From: a virus
Taxonomy: Duplodnaviria > Caudoviricetes
DNA: 61,534 nucleotides
Direction: 5' to 3' (one strand)
IMG/VR virus record: IMGVR_UViG_3300010366_000013
Span: 1-61,534 of that record
In this document: in pieces, positions 15,466-25,978 of the stretch
Position numbering within the stretch: position 1 is the first letter of the stretch
How the letters are laid out: every line of letters starts with the position of its first letter
Position numbers and translations under genes: made by a program
The notes under the pieces: model-generated
Database searches by the model: none
The model's input: the letters and a program-made list of their open reading frames with translations, nothing else
Told to the model about the DNA's origin: nothing

Positions 15466-17436
15466 GTGATGCTGACCCCGGCCCGCGGCGGGATCCTGCC
15501 GGCGATCAATTGGGACGGCTTGCAGGACTCGTTCTACGACTTCCTCGGTCACGCCACGATCATCTCAAAGGACGAGGGGCGCATCCGCCTCGAGATGTAC
15601 GACGCCCAGCGGTACTTCTTCGACGAGGTGTTCGACGGGCTGCGCAACGACATCCACTGGTTCGTCTGCGGCAAAGCCCGGCAACTCGGCATCACCACCG
15701 CGTGCTTGCTGTTCGATGTGTTCTACGCCGGTGCCGTCCAAGACCTACAGGCTGGCATCGTCTTCGACACCGACTCCAACCGGGCGAAGTTCCGCAAACT
15801 CCTAAAGGACATGCTGGCGCTACTGCCGGAATCGCACGCGCTGAAGCTCGCCAAGGGCGGTGACAACCGCGAAGGGCTCGTCCTCGCCAACGGCAACATG
15901 ATCGACTACCTCGTCGCCGGGGTGAAGCGCGGGGCCGGGACGCTCGGCCGATCGCGCGCCCTCAATTTCGTGCACGGCACCGAACTGCGGTCGTGGGGCG
16001 ATCCCGAGGCGGTCGAGGCGTTTAAGGACGTCCTGTCCGACATCTTCCCGTGGCGCCTCTACCTCTTCGAGACGACCGGCAAGGGCTACAACATCTTCTA
16101 CGATATGTGGGAAGAGGCAGTCGCCGACGAGCTCACCAAGCGCGCCATCTTCCTGGCCTGGTGGCGCAAACGCACCTACTCCTACGCGCGCGGCACGCCG
16201 CTCTTCGATCGCTACGGCTGGGGTCACCGGTCGAAGGACGAGCTCGAGGCCGAAGAGGTCGTCCTGCGCGACTTCGACCACCAGATCACCGACGAACAGT
16301 GGGCATGGTATCGCCACCGCGCCGATCCGATGGCGCGGGCCGAAGAGCGCAACGACGAGGAGGCGACCGACGACCGCGGCGAGATCGTCTCCCAGGAACA
16401 CCCGACCGTACCCGAGGACATGTTCCGCGGGACGGGCTCGCCGTTCATTCCCAACGAGTTCGTCGCGCCGGCGCTCGCTCGCGCGCAGACGCTTCTCTTC
16501 CGCGGCTACCACTACCATCTCGGCGACTCGATCTCGGCGATGCGCATCGCGCCGACTAAGTTCCTCAAGATGGCGCAACTGAAAGTATGGGAGACGCCCT
16601 CGCCGATCGGCACCTACATCATCGGGGCCGACACCGCTTATGGGATCTCCGACCAGGGCGACGCGTTCTGCGCCCAGGTCATCCGCTGCTACGCCGACCG
16701 CATGGTGCAGGTGGCGGAATTCAATGATCGCACCATCCAGCCGTTCCAGTTCGCCTGGGTGCTGTTGCACTTGTGCGGCTGGTACGGGCTCTGCCGCTAC
16801 GTCTTGGAGCTCAACGGCTCGGGCGAGGCGGTGTGGACTGAACTGAAGGCACAGCGCCGGGCGATGGAAGAGGGGCGCATCATCGCGCCGAGCTTCGTGC
16901 CGGAAGATCTGATGACGCCGCCTCTCGGGCCGGTCGGTGACGAGCCGCCCGTAAACGACATCCGGCACGTCTACCAGCACGTCACGCAGTACCTCTACCG
17001 GCGCTCGGACTCGCTCGGTGGCGGCGGGTGGAATTACCACATGCGCACCAATATCGAGTCGAAGTTCACCTTTATGACGCAGTTCGCTGACCGCTTTATG
17101 CTCAACGAATTCACGATCAATTCTGTGCGCGCGCTCGAGGAAGTGAAGCGGCTGCGCAAGGACGGGCGCTCGATCGAGGCCGAGGGCAAAGGCAAGGACG
17201 ACCGCCCGGTGGCGCTCGGCCTAGCGACACGCGCCTACATCGACGACGAGCGCAAAAAGCTGATCGCTAACAACGCGACCTACGCCAACGAGATGCAGCG
17301 CGAGCACGACGGTGCCAATAGCGACAGCCTGCAATCGCGCTTCATGGGCTCGATCATGCAGCAAGCCTTCGCGCAGAAGGCGCGCGACCGGCGCCAGGTG
17401 CGGCGGGTCGAGCGGCGGCAACGGTGGAACTGGTAG
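15466..17436 (+). CDS. terL: terminase large subunit
   Basis: KARQLGITT Walker A, VHGTE Walker B, FETT motif [11 protein letters not shown] and DDRPVAL nuclease motifs. Confidence 0.9.
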   Translation: MMLTPARGGILPAINWDGLQDSFYDFLGHATIISKDEGRIRLEMYDAQRYFFDEVFDGLRNDIHWFVCGKARQLGITTACLLFDVFYAGAVQDLQAGIVFDTDSNRAKFRKLLKDMLALLPESHALKLAKGGDNREGLVLANGNMIDYLVAGVKRGAGTLGRSRALNFVHGTELRSWGDPEAVEAFKDVLSDIFPWRLYLFETTGKGYNIFYDMWEEAVADELTKRAIFLAWWRKRTYSYARGTPLFDRYGWGHRSKDELEAEEVVLRDFDHQITDEQWAWYRHRADPMARAEERNDEEATDDRGEIVSQEHPTVPEDMFRGTGSPFIPNEFVAPALARAQTLLFRGYHYHLGDSISAMRIAPTKFLKMAQLKVWETPSPIGTYIIGADTAYGISDQGDAFCAQVIRCYADRMVQVAEFNDRTIQPFQFAWVLLHLCGWYGLCRYVLELNGSGEAVWTELKAQRRAMEEGRIIAPSFVPEDLMTPPLGPVGDEPPVNDIRHVYQHVTQYLYRRSDSLGGGGWNYHMRTNIESKFTFMTQFADRFMLNEFTINSVRALEEVKRLRKDGRSIEAEGKGKDDRPVALGLATRAYIDDERKKLIANNATYANEMQREHDGANSDSLQSRFMGSIMQQAFAQKARDRRQVRRVERRQRWNW

Positions 17437-17444
17437 GTGGTGAC

Positions 17445-17816
17445 ATGGCAAAACCGATCCTCTGCATCGACTTTGACGGCGTCATCCACTCCTACGAGCA
17501 TGGCTGGTGCGACGGGTCGATCTACGGCACCGTCGTCCCGGGCTTCTTTGAGTGGGCGGCCGAGGCGCAAGATCACTTCCGGCTCTATATCTATTCGTCG
17601 CGCTCAAAGGACGACAAAGGCCGCGTGTCGATGGGGCGCTGGCTCGCCGATCGGATGCGCGAGTGGCGGGGTCGGCCGATCGACTTCGTCATGGCGGCCG
17701 AGAAACCGGCCGCGTTTCTGACGATCGACGACCGCGGGATGCAGTTCAACGGCAACTGGGCCGACGAGATCTGGGATCCCGAGCGGTTGCTGCAATTCCA
17801 ACCCTGGAACGCATGA
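17445..17816 (+). CDS. HAD-superfamily phosphatase-like protein
   Basis: [19 protein letters not shown] and TIDDR motifs. Confidence 0.8.
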   Translation: MAKPILCIDFDGVIHSYEHGWCDGSIYGTVVPGFFEWAAEAQDHFRLYIYSSRSKDDKGRVSMGRWLADRMREWRGRPIDFVMAAEKPAAFLTIDDRGMQFNGNWADEIWDPERLLQFQPWNA

Positions 17817-18382
17817 TGGCTGGATACATCTTCCGTACCTACTCGTGCGACGGCGGCGACGACGCCGAGCCGCACGAGTTCAAGCTGATGATCGAGCGCG
17901 ACCAGCACCCGCGGTTCTGCCCGGTGTGCGGTGCCAGCTTTGATGGCGATCCTGAGATCGTCCCGGGCGGCGGGCATATCGGCGGCTCGGCGATAGCCCG
18001 CTCGGTCGACGGCATGTACCGCGAGGTTGAGCGCTCTTCCGCCGAGCGCGCGGAGCTCGCCGGCAATCCAGCGCTTCGCGTCACCGACATGAACGACCAT
18101 CTCCGCGAGGGCGATGTCGCGGCGAAGATGCCGGTCAACACCGTCACTCAGTTCATGGATGTCGCGGGGCAATCCGGGGCGCGCTACGGGTTCGGCGGCG
18201 GCGCTATGACGGGTGTCAGTTTCAATCAGCCAGCGACGCCGGTGCCGTCGAATACGTGGACGGGGCCGGGCCATCGCGCGCTCTCTGGCATCCAAGGTGA
18301 AGGCGGCGGCACGAACGCGCAAATGCGGCATGACATGACGTCGGCGGGCAGGATTAAAGATACAGTGTCAGGTGAACGGTGA
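17813..18382 (+). CDS. zinc-ribbon protein
   Basis: YSC...H...CPVCG; coupled start. Confidence 0.6.
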   Translation: MMAGYIFRTYSCDGGDDAEPHEFKLMIERDQHPRFCPVCGASFDGDPEIVPGGGHIGGSAIARSVDGMYREVERSSAERAELAGNPALRVTDMNDHLREGDVAAKMPVNTVTQFMDVAGQSGARYGFGGGAMTGVSFNQPATPVPSNTWTGPGHRALSGIQGEGGGTNAQMRHDMTSAGRIKDTVSGER

Positions 18383-18726
18383 TGTGGACAGTCGTGGTGA
18401 TGATCGCCGGCGGTGGCGTGGTGAACTTGATCTATGAGCACGAGAGTAAGGCGAAGATAGCCTTTGATAATCTGACGGAAGCCAGGAAGGTGGACACTTG
18501 CGTTGCGGTCTCCCTCTCTGACGATTTTGGCACCAAGGCGGAAATCGGTGTGACGGACATCACCGTGCACACGCTGCAGGACGTTAAAAGAGTGCAGATC
18601 GGCGCCGGCGAGTTGCACCTCGCCAACATGCGCGCCAATGTGACGATGCAGCAAAAAGCGCAGCGCGATCCGACCCTTAAGTTGTTTTCCGGCGGCATGG
18701 GTATGCCGCCGACACTCGTGTCGTGA
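18379..18726 (+). CDS. hypothetical protein
   Basis: 115-aa ORF between terminase and portal. Confidence 0.6.
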   Translation: MMWTVVVMIAGGGVVNLIYEHESKAKIAFDNLTEARKVDTCVAVSLSDDFGTKAEIGVTDITVHTLQDVKRVQIGAGELHLANMRANVTMQQKAQRDPTLKLFSGGMGMPPTLVS

Positions 18727-18735
18727 AGGTGAAGC

Positions 18736-20439
18736 ATGATCCTTCCATCGAACCCCGATAAGCTCGGGCGCTGGGTCTACGAAAACGTTGTCGAGCAATG
18801 CCGTGTTTCGGTCGGTCGCAGGATGCAGCTTGCGCGCTCGATCAACACCTGGCGCTACACCGGATCTGACAGCGGTTCGTCAGCGATCTACAACGCGATC
18901 GAACCGCACTGCGACAAACTCTCGTCAGCGGTTTTCAGCCCGGCGGATCTGCGGTTCTCCGCGGACTTCGAAAACGATTACGGCAACCTCGTGATGCGCC
19001 GCGGCCAGGTCGCCGCGCGCTACCTGACTCGCGAATTCGAACGGCGTAACCTCGACCTCGCGATCCAAGAGGCGGTCGAGGAAGCGGTGCCGCACGGCAC
19101 CGTCGTGCTGAAACATAACTGGGGCTACCACGGGCCCGAGATCGACACGCTGATGCCGTGGCAGTTCGGTGTCTACCTCGAAAGCGAGACCGATCTCGAT
19201 AAGCAAGAGGCGCTGTGCGAGACCACGTACCTCCTGCCCGAACAGATCTGGCGCCGGATCAGCCACCGCAGCGATGCACGTGAACTGATGCGCAAGATTA
19301 TGACGAAGGCTCGCAAGCAGAGCCCTGATGACGTGCCGCCCGGGTTCCTGCACCAAGTGCTGATGGCCGGGACGCCGCCGCTCATCCAAGACCAGGGCGC
19401 GTCGGCCTCGCCTGGCGGGATGATTTCACTCACCGGAACGCCGGCGGTGGCCATGCTCGCGGCCGAGCTCGCCGAGGGGCTGGTCGAGGCGCACCAGCTT
19501 TGGATCGTCAACGACGAAACCGGCGACTACACCACGGTGCAACTCATCGCTCCCGACATTCTCATCGCGCCCCGCGGCATCCGATCGAACCTCTTCATCC
19601 CCTACGACCATCCGTTCGACATGATACGCATCAACCCGCAGAGCAAATACGTCTGGGGTCGCTCGGAGATCGTCGGCCTCATCAAACTGCAGGCGCTGTT
19701 GCGCGACCGCGCCGAGGACATCAAGAAGACGATGGGCGTGCAGTACGACCGCATGCGCGCCTTTATCGGGTTCTCGGGAATGAACGACGAGCGCTTCGAT
19801 CAGCTTGCGCAGGAAGGCTGGCTCGCCGAGGAAAACCCGACCGCTAAGGTCGACGACCTGACCCCGCCGCTGCCGGCAAACGCGTTCGAAGAGTTCAAGA
19901 TGTGGGCGTCGCTCTTCGATGACATCGCGGGCTGGGACAACGTGATGTCTGGCAAAGGCGAGCCGGGGATCCGCTCGGGCAATCACTTCCGCGGCGCGCT
20001 GCGGCAAGCCAGCCCTCGGTTGCGCGACCGCGCAATCCGGGTCGAGCGCCAGGCGGCGGCGGCCGGCGAGAAGACGCTGTGGCAGATGGCGGCGAAAGAC
20101 GGGCGCGTGCACTGGACGAAGAGCGACGATCCGCAGGGCAAGACCAATTTCACCCTGTCGCAACTTCCCGACGACATGCGGATCCTTGTGGACAGCCACT
20201 CCTCGAGCCCGATCTTCGAGGAAGACCACGCCAACACCGCAGCGTTCCTCTTCAAAGCCGGGGCGATCGACGGCGAGGATCTGATCGAGCTCCTACCGGT
20301 GCCGAACCGCGACATCCTCAAAGAGAAGCTGCAGAAGCGCGAGCTATCAAAGCGCCAATTGTTGGATAGCCTGCCGCCCGAGATCCGCATGCAGGCGATG
20401 GTTCCGCAAGCGGCCCATCACCGTGGCGCCCGACGATAA
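18736..20439 (+). CDS. portal protein
   Basis: 567 aa, position between terL and capsid; YN.I...DKL, WGRSEI..L..LQ and SG.GEPGIRSG features. Confidence 0.8.
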   Translation: MILPSNPDKLGRWVYENVVEQCRVSVGRRMQLARSINTWRYTGSDSGSSAIYNAIEPHCDKLSSAVFSPADLRFSADFENDYGNLVMRRGQVAARYLTREFERRNLDLAIQEAVEEAVPHGTVVLKHNWGYHGPEIDTLMPWQFGVYLESETDLDKQEALCETTYLLPEQIWRRISHRSDARELMRKIMTKARKQSPDDVPPGFLHQVLMAGTPPLIQDQGASASPGGMISLTGTPAVAMLAAELAEGLVEAHQLWIVNDETGDYTTVQLIAPDILIAPRGIRSNLFIPYDHPFDMIRINPQSKYVWGRSEIVGLIKLQALLRDRAEDIKKTMGVQYDRMRAFIGFSGMNDERFDQLAQEGWLAEENPTAKVDDLTPPLPANAFEEFKMWASLFDDIAGWDNVMSGKGEPGIRSGNHFRGALRQASPRLRDRAIRVERQAAAAGEKTLWQMAAKDGRVHWTKSDDPQGKTNFTLSQLPDDMRILVDSHSSSPIFEEDHANTAAFLFKAGAIDGEDLIELLPVPNRDILKEKLQKRELSKRQLLDSLPPEIRMQAMVPQAAHHRGARR

Positions 20440-20719
20440 GATCGAACTACACGTTATCCGTACAGATGTGCTGCTACATCGGTTGACCGGCTTTGCCGAG
20501 CGGTTGCCTGAATACCGCGCTGGCAAAAAGACAATGCTCACCTCGTGGCAAATTCGCGCGATCAAGCTGGCAGCGCAGACACCGCGTTTTCGCAAAGGCG
20601 AGGCTAAACGGCAGGCAGAAAGATTGCATCTGACGACGGAGTCATTCCGGGTGCTGGTGTGCCGAACCCGGAAGGGTTGGATGCCGCGCTACTGGCTGTA
20701 CGTCCCTCAAGACTCGTAG
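20423..20719 (+). CDS. hypothetical basic protein
   Basis: 98-aa ORF after portal; HTH-like C-terminus. Confidence 0.4.
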   Translation: MAPDDKIELHVIRTDVLLHRLTGFAERLPEYRAGKKTMLTSWQIRAIKLAAQTPRFRKGEAKRQAERLHLTTESFRVLVCRTRKGWMPRYWLYVPQDS

Positions 20720-20946
20720 CCGAACGCGTAGCTGCCCTCGACGAGGTCGCGCAGCGCGGTGCCGACCGACGGCGCACCCTCGACTTGCTCGGCGACATCC
20801 GGCGGTACACCGCGGTAGACCGCGACCCGTCCGGCCGGGTGGCTCTTGCTCGGGACAAAGCGCACGTAGAGCGCCTGTTCCTTGTCGTCGTAGCCGAGTT
20901 GGAAAACCTTACTCGATTGGACGATGCGCATCGCGGGGCGCGGCAT
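20707..20946 (-). CDS. KTSC-domain protein
   Basis: VQSSKV..LGYD...LYVRF...YRGVP...APSVG pattern. Confidence 0.8.
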   Translation of the reverse strand: MPRPAMRIVQSSKVFQLGYDDKEQALYVRFVPSKSHPAGRVAVYRGVPPDVAEQVEGAPSVGTALRDLVEGSYAFGYES

Positions 20947-20949
20947 GGC

Positions 20950-21129
20950 CTATACCCTGTGCTGTTCGATCCAGCGCAGTACTTCCGAACGTCGATAGCG
21001 GTGGCGGCCGTTGATAAAAAACCCCGGCGGGCAGTGTCCGTCTCGGCGCCAATCCTTGTAGCGGCTCAGCCCGATTCCGAGGAGCGCGCAGACTTCTTTG
21101 ATGCCGATAAGACCCTCGTCCGCCGCCAT
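20950..21129 (-). CDS. AlpA/excisionase-type winged-HTH protein (59 aa, not in ORF track)
   Basis: manual translation MAADEGLIGIKEVCALLGIGLSRYKDWRRDGHCPPGFFINGRHRYRRSEVLRWIEQHRV*. Confidence 0.75.
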   Translation of the reverse strand: MAADEGLIGIKEVCALLGIGLSRYKDWRRDGHCPPGFFINGRHRYRRSEVLRWIEQHRV

Positions 21130-21246
21130 CTAATTGTCCGCTTTCGGCTAGAACTGCCGCATTACACCACTTTCCGCCAATTGCGCAACCCCAGGACGTT
21201 CCGTAACGCCGACTCCGTCGACTGAACTCCGACGGAGGGACTCCAA

Positions 21247-21288
21247 ATGCGCAAGGGACGTCGTTCTCACCGGCGCGGCCGTCGTTAG
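21247..21288 (+). CDS. 13-aa Arg-rich micropeptide
   Basis: GGAGGGA RBS then MRKGRRSHRRGRR*; first ORF of the head operon. Confidence 0.55.
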   Translation: MRKGRRSHRRGRR

Positions 21289-21299
21289 GCCCGTGCTGA

Positions 21300-21770
21300 A
21301 TGCCCCTTCCGCCAGCATTGATGGCGGCGCTGGGCGGCGGTGGCGCTACGCCGCCGCCCGCGGGGGCCGGTACTGCGCCAGGCCAACCGCCCTTCGGTGC
21401 TGGCCCGATGACACCACCTGTGCCGCCGCAGGGACTCTCGGCGGAAGGTGCCTCGCTGGTAGCGAACGCGAAGCAACTCCTCGAAGCAGCGATCTCGAAG
21501 CCGGGGCTCGGTGCCGAAACCAAGCTCGGCCAGGCAATTTTGAAGGCGCTCGAAGCGATCGGGCGCGAGCTCCCCGAGGGTACGGTCACCCCGGGCCAAG
21601 TCGATGCCGGCATGCAGAAGTTCCTACTGCACGCCCGTCAAACCAATCCGATGCAGGCGCTCGCCGCGGCGATCGGCGGCCCCGGTGGGGCGCCGCCGGG
21701 GATGCCGCCGGGTGGGGCGCCGCCGCTGCCGGGTGGCGCACCGCCCGTGCCCGCCCCTCCACCGATGTGA
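21300..21770 (+). CDS. Pro/Gly-rich head-module protein
   Basis: 156-aa ORF upstream of capsid. Confidence 0.65.
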   Translation: MPLPPALMAALGGGGATPPPAGAGTAPGQPPFGAGPMTPPVPPQGLSAEGASLVANAKQLLEAAISKPGLGAETKLGQAILKALEAIGRELPEGTVTPGQVDAGMQKFLLHARQTNPMQALAAAIGGPGGAPPGMPPGGAPPLPGGAPPVPAPPPM

Positions 21771-21777
21771 GGTTCTG

Positions 21778-21945
21778 ATGGCGAAAGATCTCTTCGGCTC
21801 CCTGCCGACCGCGATCCCCAAGAGCTCGCAGGAAATCCAGCGGGTCGATCTCTCGGTCGCCGAACAGGGCGCTCGCAAGTCGCACGTTCCGACGCTCGAG
21901 CGGAACCCGAAACAGGCGATCAAACACGTCACGATGGGACGCTAG
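21778..21945 (+). CDS. small head-module protein
   Basis: GAGG RBS, MAKDLFGSLPTAIPK... Confidence 0.55.
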   Translation: MAKDLFGSLPTAIPKSSQEIQRVDLSVAEQGARKSHVPTLERNPKQAIKHVTMGR

Positions 21946-21948
21946 GCC

Positions 21949-22578
21949 ATGCCGCTCATCGAGGTCGACGACCAGGTTTTCAAGGCGCTGCGCGACAACA
22001 CGGTGCCCTTCACTGATCGCACCGACGCCGCACGCTCGGCCGGCGAGGCGCAGGCGCTGTGGGCCAAGATCCTCGGCAGCGCGAAGCGCCATGACGCCTT
22101 GAAACTCGCCAAGGAGATCGATCCCACCCTCGTCATTCCCGAGGTCGACCACCCGGCCAACGCGGGGCTCGACGCGCTGCGCAAAGAATTCGACGAGTAC
22201 AAGGCTGGCGTCGAGAAGGAAAAAGAAGACAACGCAAACGCGCGGCGTGAAGCGGACGCGAACGACACCGTTTCGAAGGGGCGCACCTGGCTGCGCCGCG
22301 AAAAGCAACTCGACGACGAGGGTGTCGCCGGCGTCGAGAAGATGATGACCGATCTCAGCATCCCGAATTACGAGGTGGCGTTCAGCCACTGGCGTGCGCA
22401 ACAGCCGCCAGAACAGGCACCGCTGCCGTCATCGACCATCGGCCGGAACCTCGATTGGTTCAAGGCGCAGGAAGACCAGCCCGATCACGCGGCGATGCTC
22501 AAAGACCCGATCGCGTGGCGGCGCCAAACCATCCTCAAGACTCTGCAGGGCATCCGCTCGGGCGAGTTGACCGGCTAA
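21949..22578 (+). CDS. putative scaffolding protein
   Basis: charged helical 209-aa protein directly before the capsid gene. Confidence 0.55.
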   Translation: MPLIEVDDQVFKALRDNTVPFTDRTDAARSAGEAQALWAKILGSAKRHDALKLAKEIDPTLVIPEVDHPANAGLDALRKEFDEYKAGVEKEKEDNANARREADANDTVSKGRTWLRREKQLDDEGVAGVEKMMTDLSIPNYEVAFSHWRAQQPPEQAPLPSSTIGRNLDWFKAQEDQPDHAAMLKDPIAWRRQTILKTLQGIRSGELTG

Positions 22579-22595
22579 ACGGGGGGAGATGAACC

Positions 22596-23621
22596 GTGGC
22601 TTTTCCGCTAGCCGGGACAGGCATCGCACCGCCAACCGGGCCTGTATTCAACGAGCTCAATGCTCTGACCCGCCGCGCGTACATGCAGACGGTGGTGGTG
22701 CAGCTTTACTTCGCTTCACCGTCCCTCTTCATGCTGATGGGCGCTGCCCAGCGCGCCGCCGGCGGCCTCAACCAGATCACTGCGCCCGTCCAGGGGCAGG
22801 CGATGGTGCAAGGTCAATGGGCCGGGTATGCGGGGAATTTCAACAAGCCGCAGGTGATCCCCGGCGTGCAGCCTGCGCAGTGGATGCTGTCCTATTACAC
22901 GGTGCCGGTGCCGTTGGTTATGGGCGAAGCGCTCATCCAATCGACCGAAGCGATCGTGCCGATCTTAGACGTCCGGATGAACGACGTCTTCGCGGTTATG
23001 GCGACGCAGTTCGCCACCGCACTGTTCCAGAACAATTCGGCGAACTCGCTCATGCCGCAGGGCTTCTTTGAAGCCTTCGACTCGGGCGCCAACGTCCCGA
23101 CCTACGGCGGCATCAACCGAACCCAGGCTGGCAACGGCTTCTGGCAGGGTAACGTCATCACCAACGTCGCCGGCAACAACACCCGTGCGGCGTGGTCGAC
23201 CTACCTCATCCAGGCGACCAAGCTCGCCGGTGGCGAGATGCCCGATTTCGTCGTGATGTCACCGGGCGATTTCTCGGTTCTGGCGGCGCAGTTCATCGGA
23301 ACCGAGACGACGTTCGTGCGGCCCGGTGCCTCTTACACGCCCGACACCAACATCCGCAGCGGCTTCCCCAACGTCAACATCAACGGGGTGCCGTTCTACC
23401 TCGACTACTACTGTCCGACCGGCACCGCGTACATGGCGAATTCAAAGTACTTCGCCATGCACATCAGCGAAGACGCGCAGTGGGACTTCACCGGCTTCTA
23501 CAGCTTGGTGCCGCTGGGGCAACTCGCGATGGTTGGGGTTTCCTACACTGGTTACAACGTCGTGTGTACCAAGCCCTCGAGCGGCATGCGCCTCTCGGGC
23601 ATCACCGGCGCACCTTTCTAA
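22596..23621 (+). CDS. major capsid protein
   Basis: 341 aa, position, YGGINR and GVPFYLDYYCP..AY..NS patterns, strong codon bias. Confidence 0.85.
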   Translation: MAFPLAGTGIAPPTGPVFNELNALTRRAYMQTVVVQLYFASPSLFMLMGAAQRAAGGLNQITAPVQGQAMVQGQWAGYAGNFNKPQVIPGVQPAQWMLSYYTVPVPLVMGEALIQSTEAIVPILDVRMNDVFAVMATQFATALFQNNSANSLMPQGFFEAFDSGANVPTYGGINRTQAGNGFWQGNVITNVAGNNTRAAWSTYLIQATKLAGGEMPDFVVMSPGDFSVLAAQFIGTETTFVRPGASYTPDTNIRSGFPNVNINGVPFYLDYYCPTGTAYMANSKYFAMHISEDAQWDFTGFYSLVPLGQLAMVGVSYTGYNVVCTKPSSGMRLSGITGAPF

Positions 23622-23633
23622 CGGGAGCGGGAT

Positions 23634-24794
23634 ATGCTCGGAGGACAAGGCATCGGTTTGCCACCGCCGCAGGGGCTTTGGTATCCGCTACCCATCAACC
23701 AGAACTACCAGCCGCTCGGATCCGCCTTCGAGGTCGCTGGTGGCACCGCGCTCTACGTGCCGCCCGGCTGGTGGTACATCCGCACCGGCAACTACACCCA
23801 GATCCAGTGGCTCGATCCGGTATCGGGGCAATGGATCCCGATCACCAGCATCGGCCCGGCGCTGTACGCCATGCAATCCGATGGCAACACGCTGCGCATC
23901 GTCAATCCGACCGGCAACCCCATCGGCGGGCTCGTCACCAACGTCGGTTCGAACTACGTTCAGGCGTCGACGGTCGTCACCCTGTCGGTCGGCAACTCGC
24001 AATGGCGCGCGATTGTCGGCGGCGCGCTGACCGCAATCGCCGTCGGCAACGACCCGAACGGCACCGCCGGCGGCACGAACTTCTCGGTGCCGCCGATCGT
24101 CGATATCCCGGCCCCGCCAGCGGGCGGCGTGCAGGCGACCGCAAACGCCACGATCACGGCGGGTGCCGTCACGGCGATCACGCTCATCAACCAGGGTGCC
24201 GGCTATCCTGCCGGCGGGCTGACGACGCAGCCGGTTATCCGGCCGAATCCGTTCGATCCGAACATCGGCTTGATCACCGTGCCGGCGCTCACCGCGACGG
24301 TGGGCGGCGCGGGGCAGATCGCGGCGGTGCTGTGCACCAACTACGGCTCGGTGCTGACCGGCGCGCAAATGGCCGCAGCGACCCTTACGATCGCCGGTGC
24401 GGGCACCGCAGCGACGGCAAACCCGCTCTTCGCCGAGGCTGTGCAGTCGGTTGCGCTGAGCGCCGGCGGCGGCGCGGGTTATCCCGGTACGGCGGTCGAT
24501 ATCGACACCGTGGCGGCGGCCTCGCTCGGCACGCCCGGCGCGATTGTCAATCCGGCTGTCTCGACCAAGCTCTTCACCCCGCGACGCGCGCTGATCTCGT
24601 CTGTTGTTACGGGCGGTGTCGTGCAAGCGGCGAACATCAGCGACGGCGGTCTGTTTATGGCGGCACCGGCGGCGCTGGTCGTCGCGACGGCTGCAGCCTC
24701 GGCCGGTCTGCCGACGACCGCCACCGCGGCGACGCTGACGATGGGTGCCGTGACCGACACGGTCTTCCTGCAGGCGATGGGAGGCGCTTTCTAA
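23634..24794 (+). CDS. virion structural protein (decoration/head fibre-like)
   Basis: Gly/Ala/Thr-rich beta protein following the capsid gene. Confidence 0.65.
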   Translation: MLGGQGIGLPPPQGLWYPLPINQNYQPLGSAFEVAGGTALYVPPGWWYIRTGNYTQIQWLDPVSGQWIPITSIGPALYAMQSDGNTLRIVNPTGNPIGGLVTNVGSNYVQASTVVTLSVGNSQWRAIVGGALTAIAVGNDPNGTAGGTNFSVPPIVDIPAPPAGGVQATANATITAGAVTAITLINQGAGYPAGGLTTQPVIRPNPFDPNIGLITVPALTATVGGAGQIAAVLCTNYGSVLTGAQMAAATLTIAGAGTAATANPLFAEAVQSVALSAGGGAGYPGTAVDIDTVAAASLGTPGAIVNPAVSTKLFTPRRALISSVVTGGVVQAANISDGGLFMAAPAALVVATAAASAGLPTTATAATLTMGAVTDTVFLQAMGGAF

Positions 24795-24796
24795 GG

Positions 24797-25231
24797 ATGG
24801 CGCAGACACAATCAAAGCCGCCGGCAGCGAACTACTGCGTCGATTGCGCGCTCTACGAGGCACCCGGCATTTGCACGCACGATCCGCACGAGATCGAGGT
24901 GGTGAACCTCGTGACCGGCGAGTCGCATATGGCTAACTTCCATCTTGCGGCGCACCAGCGCGCATCAGAGCACGCCGAACTGTGCGGCCCCGGGGGGCAG
25001 TTCTGGGTAGCAAAACCAGAGACGGCCGCAACGCCCGCGGAGAATGCCAGCGACGACGCGGATTCCGCGGGCGGAACGGTCGCCGGAAGCGAGCCGGCAA
25101 CTGAGCAACCCAGCGCCGAAGCGACGAGCGCCGAAGCGACGAGCGCCGAAACGGGGGGCGAAACAGGCACCACCGACACGGGCGACACCACCCCCGACCG
25201 CTCGTCCGGTCGGTCGAGGCGTTCGTACTAA
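24797..25231 (+). CDS. hypothetical protein, Cys-rich N-terminus and acidic low-complexity tail
   Basis: CVDC...C...CGPGGQFW; SAEAT repeats from a 15-bp tandem repeat at 25112-25150. Confidence 0.6.
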   Translation: MAQTQSKPPAANYCVDCALYEAPGICTHDPHEIEVVNLVTGESHMANFHLAAHQRASEHAELCGPGGQFWVAKPETAATPAENASDDADSAGGTVAGSEPATEQPSAEATSAEATSAETGGETGTTDTGDTTPDRSSGRSRRSY

Positions 25232-25240
25232 TGACGCGCG

Positions 25241-25978
25241 ATGGCGCTCAACGCTTACCTCGCCCAAGTCCAATCGCTCTTGGATGATCCGGGCGCCGTC
25301 GAATATCCCACTGCCAACCTGACGACGTATATCAACGACGCGCGAGTGCAGATCGCGGGCGCGTCGGAATCAATCCGCCTCATCGCCACCCTCAGTCTCA
25401 CCGGCGGCACCCCGTCTTATCTGTTTTCGCTGTTCACCGGCTTGCCCGCGAGCGTCCAGGGTGTCATCGCGCTGCGCAAGATGCGCTCGCAGGGTGGGCC
25501 GGCGGGGCAATGGATCGAGGTCTTCAACCGCGAGTGGGAGTGGTTTTGGTCGTATTGCTTAAACGGGCCGCGCTCGGTCGCACAAGGTACGCCGGATACC
25601 TTTAGCGTCATCCAGAAGGGTGTTAACGGCTCGTTCTTCGTAAATCCGACACCGGCTGGAACGCTGGTGATCAGCGCCGATTGCGTCGGCTACCCGATCA
25701 ATCTCGCCAGTGACAGCGACCCCGAGGCGCTGCCATACCCCTGGACTGAGGCGGTGCAGTACTACGCCGCCTACCTCGCGCTCTTGAACGCCCAGCGCTA
25801 TGCCGACGCTGACGGCATGTTGCAGCGCTACGTGCTGTTTGAAACCAGAGCCACCCAGATGTCGACGCCGACGGCGCTACCGGTGCAGTACCCCGGCGGG
25901 CCTGGCGCGGCGATTGCCGGGGCCGCGCGGCCGATCACCGCGCCGGGACAACAGCCAGCCGCTGGCGGGGGTGGGTGA
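25241..25978 (+). CDS. head-tail adaptor (tail tubular protein A-like), paralogue 1
   Basis: Y..QVQ.LL.D, YINDAR, WEW, DPEALPYPW, AAYLA motifs. Confidence 0.7.
   Translation: MALNAYLAQVQSLLDDPGAVEYPTANLTTYINDARVQIAGASESIRLIATLSLTGGTPSYLFSLFTGLPASVQGVIALRKMRSQGGPAGQWIEVFNREWEWFWSYCLNGPRSVAQGTPDTFSVIQKGVNGSFFVNPTPAGTLVISADCVGYPINLASDSDPEALPYPWTEAVQYYAAYLALLNAQRYADADGMLQRYVLFETRATQMSTPTALPVQYPGGPGAAIAGAARPITAPGQQPAAGGGG

Noticed and set aside
23192-24796. 679-aa ORF 23192-25231 and similar long N-terminal extensions (27295, 53767, 56556, 40883)
   Set aside because: The upstream parts are off-frame shadows of real genes in GC-rich DNA; only the C-terminal portions have sensible starts and composition.
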